64,000 nucleotides of DNA. It comes from Haliotis rufescens. Taxonomy: Eukaryota. Position numbers and translations under genes: made by a program. The stretch's first letter is position 1. Each line of letters begins with the position of its first letter. Below the pieces are notes generated by a model, which saw nothing but the letters and a program-made list of their open reading frames with translations, was not told the origin of the DNA and did not search any database. The stretch spans positions 37,758,001 to 37,822,000 of the forward strand of contig NW_025964223.1 in NCBI RefSeq assembly GCF_023055435.1, given 5' to 3'. This document shows positions 41,977-64,000 of this stretch, one piece after another.

Positions 41977-44900
41977 AATGTCCTTCTGCTACATGAATGC
42001 CTTCTTCCATCTGTTTCATGAATATCCTATCATCATGAGAGATGTTGGAAGCATTGTAGTCATTCTCATTAAAGTCTTCAAAGAACATGCGGATCACCAC
42101 ATTTGGAACAAACTGCTCCTTCACAGATGTTCTGTGAGATAGATGAACTTCGGACGGTGGACGTAGCTTGAGCGGAATTTCACATGACATCACTCTGTGA
42201 CTGATGCCAATTGAATCGGAGTTCTCAATTTGTGTTTGATCAATGATACCGACAACACCCCATCCCAGGTCGGTACGTTGTCCATATGGTTGACCTTCCT
42301 GAACTGGTGCGATAACCTCACGAGGTATGAGTGCTTGTGGGCAATTATAGCCTATCAATAGACCGATGTCAACATCGTATGTTGGCTTCAATACATCACA
42401 CAGCTGTCGTAAGTGTGACCATGCTTGCACTTTGTCGGGGGTTGGAATATGGTCCTTATTGGCTGGTATCACATCCCTTGAATATGTTCCAGGGAGAGCA
42501 ATCCTGAACACATTGTCCATTCCTCGAACTTGAAGACCTCTGACCTTCTCACTTCTGACATGTGCATTTGCTGAAGTCATTGTAGAGAGCAACAGATTAA
42601 TTGGTGTACCTGTGACACTGAGTTTGTTGCACAAGTCTTTTAACACAAAAGTCGCATCGGATTGCGTATCCAGCAATGCATATGTCAACAGTTCATCTGA
42701 CGGATTATCGGAATGAGATACCCACACGGGTAAATTCATGGAGCACTTATCCACAGAATTGCTTCCATTACTGAGGTGGCTAATACTTTTCAGCTTTGTC
42801 TCCACAGAAGGCTTAGGGAGATCACCGTGTAACATAGTAGCATGAAGATGTGAGCATGTCTTTAGCCTGTTCTGACAAAACTTTAAAAGATGTCCTGGCT
42901 TGAGACATCCAAAGCACACTTGACTGTCTATAAAGAACTGTTTTCTTTCAATCAAGGGTTGAGACAACAATGTCTCACAATCATCAAGCTTGTGTTGACC
43001 TTTACAGAAAAGGCAAGTTTCAAATTTCACATTTGATTTCTTGTCTAATTTACCTGTGACAGTGCTTAGAGATGAATCTTTCAGATTTATGTCGAACACT
43101 GTACCATGTGGTCGTTTAGCTGTCGGATGCTGTGACGATGCACAAGTGTTCCGGGGCTTGTTCTCATATTTCAATTCCAAGGGAAAAGAAGTGACAGGAT
43201 CACACATTATTTCTGCTTCCTTAGCAATGAAAGTCACAAATCTTGAGAATTTAGGAAACTCTGATGTCTGTTCCTTATATTTGACGACTTTACGTCTCCA
43301 ACAATTGAGGAGCCAATCAGGTAGCTTCTGAATAAGCTTACGATTTTCACATTCATCATTTAGGATGTCTAGTGATCTGACGCTTGACATTGCTGTTTCA
43401 CACTGTCTGAGAAAGTCTGCAAACTTACGTAATGCATTACCATCCCTTGCTGGTAGTTTCGGCCATGAATCTAGACGGTCACGAAACGCACCTCCAATAA
43501 TGGAATGGTTTCCAAAACGTTCATCAAGCAATTTGATCGCCTCACTGAATGCATTCTCTGACGATAAAAGAAAAAATCCCTCGACAGCCTCTTTGGCTTG
43601 TCCGTCAAGATAGCGTTGCAAATAATAGATTTTTTCACCTTCAGGAATACCTCTGAGATTCTCTGAGCGGAGCGTTTTGACTGAACGGAACATTTTGCGA
43701 GTCTTGAACGTTTCTAATTGGAACAGATTCTATGTCTGCATTCACAATGTCACTTTTGACACATGACTCATGTGGAGCTTTAATTTCTCTTTGTGTAAGA
43801 TTCTCAACCTGAACTGTGTCCATATAATCTTGTACAAACATGTATTTTCCATCCGGACATAAAGCAGGAGAATGAACAGAATCCTCATATGCTTCACTTT
43901 CTAATTATATCCCCGTTTACGAAGTAAATCGGGGGTATATAGCGTTCCGTTCATCCGTCCGTCCATCCGTCCTTCCGTCCGACCCATAACTTTTTAACCA
44001 TGCACCCTAGCTTCACCAAACTTGCTACACACATTTACCACAAAGAGTACTTGTGCCTTTTGCTAGTTTGAAGATTCTGAACTTTTTAAATTTTGCTGTT
44101 TCCGTGGAAACATTAAGAAACTTAAACTTTTAGGGTGGGTGTTTTGTACGGCCTTCATCTTTTTAACTATGCAGCCTAGCTTCACCAAACTTGCTACACA
44201 CATTAACCACAATGAGTACTTGTGCCTTTTGCTAGTTTGAAGATTCTGAACTTTTTAAATTTTGCTGTTTCCGTGGAAACATTAAGAAACTTAAACTTTT
44301 AGGGTGGGTGTTTAGTACGGCCCATATTATTTTAACCATGCACCCTAGCTTCATGTCAGCAAATGTCACTGGAACTCAATCTTAGTTTTTAAAACATTGA
44401 AGTTAAAATCAGTTAGAAATACATGTATGTAATATTTCATTAATTAACAAACTATTTACTATTTGTTGTTGACCAGCAGGGATAACGGGGGTATGTGAGC
44501 TTTGCTCACTTCTTTCTTGTTTCTCTACAGCTTCTAATTGTGCCATAGCCATAGATAATTTCATTTCAGTTTGACACCTTTCAAGCTCAGCTCTCTTTTG
44601 ATTTTGAACTTCAAGAAATTTCAACTTAGTCTTTAATGCTGCAGCAGCAATTTTGGTCTCATACAGTTTTGACACATTCGACATTTTTGATGACTTAGTC
44701 TTTACAGATTTACATGATTTGCTTTCAGAGAATTTCTGTTCACTCAAACCAAATTCAAGTTCATAGACTTTATCACTCACGGATTTAATTAAATCAAAAT
44801 GTTTTGATTCAATCTCGTCAAATTTTGCAAGCAAATGTTCATCAGAATAATTGAATTCAGTTAGTTTCCCATGTTCACTACACACAATTGCCATACGGTC

Positions 44901-45167
44901 TCCTAAACAATCACGAATTGAACGCAGTTCAGATATGTCCACACTGTCAGATACTAACTTCATGACACTACTCGCCTGCCGACGCCATGCAGATAGTGCA
45001 GATTTGAAACGTTTCACACATAGTTCAATCTTATAATCAGTGTATTCTTGTGTAGGTTTAGCCACACAGCTGCTTAAATCATCATTACAATTGTTAATAT
45101 TGTCAATATTAAAATCCATGCTGACACTATTGAAATTCAATTTACTCCCGGTAAAAGTTCTTTCCAC
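41927..45167 (-). pseudogene. BEL gag-protease (interrupted by a HINE and frameshifts)
   Basis: YLDGQAKEAV, CLFCKGQHKLDDC, CFGCLKPGH, YALLDTQS, DIGLLIG. Confidence 0.85.
43903..44352 (+). mobile_element. 3'-truncated HINE inserted in the BEL gag
   Basis: tatatccccg..cgggggtatata, (TCCG)n, ~169-bp repeats related to those at 27026-27600. Confidence 0.75.
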
Positions 45168-45500
45168 TCAAAAGATGTTTTACTATAATATTTTCTAAAA
45201 CTCTGAGTGGAGAAACTGAGTATTCATGATGTTTTTTATACAGAATTTCTATTATAGAGAAACTCAGTTATCCAATCCCCTGAAATCCGTAAAACATCTT
45301 GACGGAATGCGGATAAACAAAGGACTTTCTCACCGGAAAGCATGGTACTCGCTCCATACCCCAAGGGAGCTAAAAAATACTCACCACTAATGAGAAGAAA
45401 CAATAAAGCGCTATTAAAATATCTCATTACCATATCTGACTGACTACCGTTACACAGGGTGACACATAAAACAATGATGCTATGTACATCGACACAGGGT

Positions 45501-45779
45501 AGGGACTGAACATTTGATATGTCCTTCGGGGGAGGGATCTGGGAATATAACAAAAATAAATAAATTGTCCCTGAAAACTCTTGAAAAAGTAATTATTCTT
45601 CAGATTTTTGGAGAGAGAAAAGAAATTGACATCTGCAAAAATTACATAGTTATTCTTGAACAAAATTCTGGCTCATAGTTTAAGATAAAAAGATGTCTGG
45701 TTTTGCAGCTGAAATTTAAAAATATCTAATCTCAATACAAACTCCCAGGCCCCCAAAGTAGAGGAAATGGTCGGTCCCT
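45501..45779. mobile_element. MITE
   Basis: TIR agggactgaacattt / aaatggtcggtccct. Confidence 0.5.
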
Positions 45780-46621
45780 GAGTAGATGTCTACTGGAGAG
45801 TGAATCTATCTGATTTCCTTTATGATACATAGTTCTGTATTACCATTAAGACTGTAAAACAGTGATGAACAACGTCTTGAATGAGTGAATAATTGAATGT
45901 GGTTTTATATTGATATTTGCACTGTTCCAGCTGTATCATGGCAGCCAGGCTGGCCAGGCATCAAAGATGACCCAGTGTTGAGGCATGATGACAGTATGGA
46001 CACAATCAACCAGTTCACACATAGTAACTCCCACCTTGTAACTGTTTTGTTTTGTGCCTGGAATTTTTGCGAGTGCCTAACTAAAGCCTTTACTGTGTCT
46101 GGGAGGTTTCGTGACACCCTGTTGACGGGATTACCGAAGATCAAAGCTATGCTTTTGCACATGCTACTTGATTAGGAAGTAGTTCGAGGGAAAGTTAACT
46201 CAGTGTCAGTCAGTGCTTTTTTAACTATAGATGAGTGGCGTGTTTATCTGACAGTAGTATTATACAGCTGGTGTATGTCTGGACTACTCCGTGTTATGTA
46301 AACAACTTGACCAGACGTGACAGTTTAGTGAACTTTCCTGATCAGACTATTTACACTGAGTGACAATCTAATTAAGGAAACAGGATGCAAGGGAATATGT
46401 ATTTAATCATGCACTGGCTGGTTGACTTTGTGGAAGTGACTAAAAAATATGTGCCTCCTTCCAATTTTTTATTTCTTGTATGACTGCAAAAACAACTGTC
46501 ATGAAACTCTTGTGACTGTGTGTAGCTCCCAGTTTTCACAGTACTTTCGGGATGACCAAACTTTCCAGTTTGACAGAACTGCCTCAGTTCAACAGAGAAG
46601 GTCAGGACGGGTGGTAAGGAT

Positions 46622-46851
46622 TGGCCTAGGCTATAACTTCCCCGTTGAAGCACTGGCCTAGGCTATTACTTCCCCGTTGAAGCACTGGCCTAGGCTATTA
46701 CTTCCCCGCTGAAGCACTGGCCTAGGCTATTACTTCCCCGCTGAAGGACTGGCCTAGGCTATTACTTCCCCGCTGAAGGACTGGCCTAGGCTATTACTTC
46801 CCCGCTGAAGCACTGGCCTAGGCTATTACTTCATCGCTGAAGGACTGGCCA
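46622..46851. repeat. 32-bp minisatellite (~7 units)
   Basis: ggcctaggctattacttccccgctgaagcact. Confidence 0.9.
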
Positions 46852-49146
46852 GGGGCGTGTTTCAGCCTGTTCCACTGAAGACCTGCTTCAGGACGCCCAC
46901 AGGGCTACTTTTCTCTGGAATCACAGTCTTTATGGAGAGCAAATGCAACATTTTCTTTTAAAAGGGTTACATTTTGTTTCCATTTACAAAGATAATTCTT
47001 GGATGGCCTGTGATCGATTGCCACATGCAAATATACCTTGAGTATATTTTCTAGATGGGTCCACTAAATGTATGATTAAATCAACTTTGTGTTTATCATA
47101 TGAAGTTTAGTGATCAGTTGGATTTTGGTTATGATAGTCATCCATCGCCGAGACCCCAAACATCCTGCAGTAATCTTGATACTGTAGAAACAGGAACTCA
47201 AGGTAAACTCTTGATGAACACTATGTGTATAATGCAGTTGACAATACCTGCACCTCAAGTATTCATTTCCATGATTATAGAGGAAAAGGTAGGAATCACA
47301 CAAAACAGGATCAGCATCTCGTATCTTAACAATCTGTTTCTTCTTAATTCAGATTCTTCATACAACTGATCAATTGCTTTGAAATTTGGAAAATGATGAA
47401 ATTTGTATACACGATGAATATATTGAAAAGTGGGAGGTTCTGAGTTGTGGTATTACTATAGTGGTATTACTATAGTACTGTGGCAATATCTAGGCACTGA
47501 GATACCACAGATGTCAGATATTAGCCATAATACTTTCCATTACAATGAAAAATGAAATACAAATTTCATCTGCACTAAACATTGCTAAACATTTGTGAAT
47601 AATCCCATATAGATGCTCTAAATATTTTTTAAACTGACGTTGCCTTACAGTTCACTAATTACATTTGAAATTATTCATAATAATTACATCTTGGGGATAT
47701 CATGTTAACTCACCTGTAAGTCAAGTGAACTTATGTCATAGCCTGATTGTCTGTGAAGTCCAGCCTAATCAGCTGCATGTTCCTTCTCATGATGATGTCA
47801 CACTTTGTTCAAATCATTATCATTTTTTAAAACTTTTTTGTCATAAATATTTGTAAAATCAAATTTTGCAAAATGGTAAAAAAATGCATTTGCATGCACA
47901 AGGCTGAAACTTTATGTGAATGATAGTGGCTGTGAGTACATTCACAGGAGTTGATTTAACTGCTGGCCTGTTAGCCCGTGGCCAGTTAAAATTTCAAAGA
48001 GCTTGCTAAAACGTAAAGTAGATGGCCCATCTGGCTAGTAAAAATGTCACCCCGTCTCTGTGCATGTTAATTTGTTTTTAATTAGACACTTGTCGGGAAT
48101 TGTTCAAGTTCGATGGGGAAATATTAAGGGGTGATGAGGTCAAGTGAACGGTTAACTCGATGAAAGATATATCTCGAATATCTCAGAAGAATTACTAGCG
48201 GCCACCATTTTGTAATGTTTGTATGTATAACAACATCTTTATTTGCTCATAAATCACCAGGCAATGAGGCAAATGCAAGCCAAGATATAATCTCAGAGTG
48301 CAGGAAAAGGCGTTTCAGGGGTGAGGAGTTCCTGTCTCGATTTCTGCCATTTTCCCAAGGCAAGGGAGTTTAGTGACTTTAAAAGTCCAGTTACCACCCT
48401 TGCCGAACTAGGCTGGAATTTCTGGGTCATGTTTTGGCTGGACTAACATAGTCCAATCAAAATTGCATGACGAAATCGACATCAGTTCGTAAACTGCTGT
48501 ATATATTTAGGTCAATTGCAGGATTTGCAAAGCATTTGTACCGTCAACTTGGCATCTACATATATTTTCAACATCTTTTATTGTTTTAAGTGAAGGTGCT
48601 CAAATACTTTGATGCATGTTGCAAGGAAAGACCTGCTTTCCGGCTCCATCAATTAGTTGTTAAAAGTTGTTTTAAAAGGAGCAAGCCCTGCTGGCTTCAT
48701 AAAAGTTTGTTGTTAAATCTACCCCTGATTCAATTTTGTTCAAGACACGATCAACATTCAACTTTGGCGTCCCAGAAGATGTTTATGTTCCTCAGAATGT
48801 ACTGCACGTAGTGTTCTAAAAGTCAGCATAGATATTCGTCACAAGGTTTGAAGTGATGTAAAATCATCCAAATTACCTTAACACTTGTTACACACAGCCC
48901 TTCAGAAATACATTTTGGTCTTGATCTTGATTGGTAATCATGATAATGTTGAAAACTATTTTTTTATTCCAACAACATAATACTCTTGAATACATTACGA
49001 TGGACAGCCAAGCCTTAACACTTGTTACACACAGCCTTTCAGAAATACATTTTGGTCAACAATTATGGCAGTTACAGTTGAACAGACAAGATGCACAAGC
49101 TGTTGTTTCACCATCAGATAACAAATGAAACATCTTCATCAAAGTA

Positions 49147-50286
49147 TTACAACAGATTCTTATCCATCACAAGAATTTTCTTTGTGCCTTTGAAGCTCTC
49201 CAGTGATTCAGCAACAGCTCTGTCATATAGCTCTAGTGGAATGTTACCACTGACAGGATTCTTGAAATGTTTGTCTCGTATCAGCTGACAGATACTCTGG
49301 TACATTTCATCACGCACCTGACTGTCTCTATTTCTTTTGTTCCATTCAGTGTTCCAGTAACCTTCTAGTTTGATTTCTTTAAACAAAAGAGCACCTGTTG
49401 GTACCACAATCGGTTTACGGGACATCCCCCCATATGTTATCATCTTTGCACCTTGACCAAGATGTCGAAGAATCTCTGTTGAACTTGATCCCCCTACACA
49501 ATTTAACCCTAGCTTTGGTTGTGAGGGCAGTGACTTCATGAAATCTTTCATTTCTGGTGAACGGCAAAACGTTTCAGAGACAACATGGTCTGCTCCAAGA
49601 TCTCTAAGGTAGTGGATGAGTTGGTCAATGTCTGGCCGATCTCTGACCATGTTTATGGTTGTGATGTTCCAGTGTTTAGCAAGTTGAATTACACATTGTC
49701 CAACGGCGCTATTTGCACCATTCTGGATAACAATATCACCTGGGTTCAGATCTACATAATCTTTCAACATACGATATGCAGTGGGAGGGTTTACTAAGAG
49801 GGTTGCAGCACTGACAACGGGGATATCATTTGCAACTTTGAAAACTGTTGATCTTGGTGCAACTGCATAACTTCTCCATGTGCCCCATCCCGAATCTGCT
49901 GGGATAACCCAATCACCAATGTCAAGGTCAGAAACACTACTTCCTTTACCAATGATCTCTCCAACACCTTCATTTCCGACAACTGCTGGTAATGGGGGAC
50001 GAATAAAATAAGTTCCTTCTATCATGTTGATGTCGGATGGGTTCACAGGAGCCATTAACATCTTTATCAAAACTTCATGTTTCTGTACTGACGTTTGGAG
50101 TTGAACTTCTGTTTTTTCTAGCACTTGTCTCGGATCTCCAAATTTATTGTATGTTATCTGATGAGAAGTTAAAGATGATGCACATCGCTGGAGACGACTG
50201 GCATTTGCAATTTGTAATTGTTGACCAGACAATTGCCTAAATAATGTGGTCAACAGAGGTTTCCACGACCTTAAAACGGAGGCCAT
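49147..50286 (-). CDS. MECR: Enoyl-[acyl-carrier-protein] reductase / trans-2-enoyl-CoA reductase, mitochondrial (intronless CDS, 379 aa from first ATG)
   Basis: Transit-like N-terminus; APVNPSDINMIEGTY, GNEGVG, VNPPTAYRML, IQNGANSAVG, LNCVGG, TYGGMS. Confidence 0.95.
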   Translation of the reverse strand: MASVLRSWKPLLTTLFRQLSGQQLQIANASRLQRCASSLTSHQITYNKFGDPRQVLEKTEVQLQTSVQKHEVLIKMLMAPVNPSDINMIEGTYFIRPPLPAVVGNEGVGEIIGKGSSVSDLDIGDWVIPADSGWGTWRSYAVAPRSTVFKVANDIPVVSAATLLVNPPTAYRMLKDYVDLNPGDIVIQNGANSAVGQCVIQLAKHWNITTINMVRDRPDIDQLIHYLRDLGADHVVSETFCRSPEMKDFMKSLPSQPKLGLNCVGGSSSTEILRHLGQGAKMITYGGMSRKPIVVPTGALLFKEIKLEGYWNTEWNKRNRDSQVRDEMYQSICQLIRDKHFKNPVSGNIPLELYDRAVAESLESFKGTKKILVMDKNLL

Positions 50287-50514
50287 ATTTGTTGCTATAT
50301 TGTAATCCACATCAATTGTAACATATCAACTATACTAAGTATGAATATATATATATAAAACTTATGTTCGTATCTGAATAAACCATATATATTTATATCA
50401 GTATTAACTTAATTCAAATCGAATTATACATAGGTTTCTATTGTCGACATTTTTCGTATTTTTCATAATTGAAGATTCACAGTTGATTCTAATATTTAAT
50501 GTTGAAAACAAGTA

Positions 50515-50640
50515 GTATCTCCACGTGCGAGGCTAGCGACCGGAAATTCCATTAGCGCATGCTCAGTTCGCATAGCAACATACTAAACAAAATGGCGAGA
50601 GACTCATGAACTCCGCCGAGCTGTACGTTACGTCTTCGCT
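50515..50640. promoter_or_regulatory. Bidirectional MECR/SPAG17 promoter
   Basis: E-box CACGTG 50522, ETS-like CCGGAAAT 50540, NRF1-like GCGCATGC 50555, RFX X-box GTTCGCATAGCAAC 50566-50579, YY1-like AAAATGGCG 50589-50597; ATGs 379 bp apart. Confidence 0.7.
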
Positions 50641-50664
50641 TTGACCATCTGTGGAAAAAATATA

Positions 50665-63125
<12,461 letters not shown>

Positions 63126-63689
63126 GTACTGCCCCCTCTGTATTCAGTTAACCTTTTCTCTTTTATTATGTTCTAGTGTCTTGTAGCCTTTATGAACACA
63201 CAGGAAAACAAATCTTATTAAATTGATGATATTTCACTGCTCGAATTGAGAAAATACAGAATTTTATGTGTCTGTAATTTATTTTTTAATAATGTGATAA
63301 TTGATTTATAATCAATGTTTGTCAAAATTTGAATTTTGTACTTGAAGTGTTACATCTACGGAATTTCCATGTGGGACTTTCGGGGTTTTAATACATTTTT
63401 CTAAAGGGATGATTATATAGGGGATGGAAAAAGGCTGCTAAGTATGATAGTACTTGGATGGTTACATACCACCAGGGAAGACCATCTCTCAGCTTTGAAT
63501 AGAATTTCTTGCAAGGTTGTACAGTAGGGATTGATGCTCATACTATCCACCACTGGTTTGCCTGGGGAAGGTGGCTCACCAATAGTAGTGGTATTAACAT
63601 TGTTCACTCGTGTACTTAAACATGCAAATGGTAAATGTTAACTACATATAAATGAAGTTAATAGTTTGGGTAATTACATGAGGTGCCTT

Positions 63690-63797
63690 GGGCCTGTTCC
63701 TCAAAGTGATCTTAGCGCTACACTGATTGTAAGTATATGTTAGAATATGGGAGTTAAGATCGTCCTAGGGCTAAGATGGCTTAGTGGAACAGGGCTC
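63690..63797. mobile_element. Small palindromic MITE; related pieces at ~190-308, ~20755-20876 and ~37944-38240
   Basis: gggcctgttcctcaaag..tcttagcgcta / gctaagatggcttagtggaacagggctc. Confidence 0.5.
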
Positions 63798-64000
63798 TGG
63801 ACTAATTTTCTTCTCCAAACACAAGTCATTAATTCATACATACCAATTTGCATGTATACTAGGGTTGCAATGTTGAGCCTTTTGTATTTGTAAACAGGTG
63901 CATGTAACACCACATCACCACAGGCTCATTGCAAACAAATGGATTTAATATCTCTGCACCACTCTTGTATTGTAATATGTGTCTGAGACATAAGAATCGT

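Larger units (their letters stand above)
38754..45454 (-). mobile_element. BEL/Pao LTR retrotransposon, full length, decayed
   Basis: LTRs 45184-45454 and 38754-39026, 5-bp TSD CAGGG, PPT cggggagag; gag with zinc knuckles, protease ALLDTQS, RT, RNase H FSDAS, integrase. Confidence 0.95.

Noticed and set aside
48876-49057. 45-bp direct repeat downstream of MECR as a retroposition TSD
   Set aside because: Both copies lie on the same side of the gene, so it is a local duplication.
50287-50310. MECR start at 50310
   Set aside because: That codon is GTG; the first ATG is at 50286 and begins a transit-like peptide.
63898-63990. Further SPAG17 exon after taaacag
   Set aside because: No recognisable peptide, and no clear donor before an in-frame stop.

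Overview
Eukaryotic (animal) genomic DNA. The repeat families look molluscan, possibly abalone-like; that is an inference from remembered SINE/HINE families, not a search result. Three host genes are present. (1) The 3' part of a PHIP/BRWD-family gene on + has 15 phase-consistent exons (551-29534) covering the cryptic Tudor region, two bromodomains and the PHIP-type C-terminus. (2) An intronless mitochondrial trans-2-enoyl-CoA reductase (MECR) lies on - (49147-50286). (3) The 5' part of SPAG17/PF6 on + (from 50665) is head-to-head with MECR across a compact promoter carrying an RFX X-box. The PHIP introns are dense in tyrosine-recombinase retroelements: a near-complete decayed DIRS1 element nested in a Tc2-like MITE, a second degenerate DIRS, two non-coding DIRS miniatures and an Ngaro-like relic. 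A full-length decayed BEL/Pao LTR element (38754-45454, TSD CAGGG), HINEs, SINEs, MITEs and splice-site-adjacent minisatellites are also present. Best leads: tRNA-containing LTR/TRIM-like elements, a triplicated structured-RNA module in the DIRS 3' region, DIRS miniatures, a duplicated acceptor creating a 9-nt microexon that could delete bromodomain 2, a minisatellite that amplifies a real splice donor, and three in-frame small exons in SPAG17.
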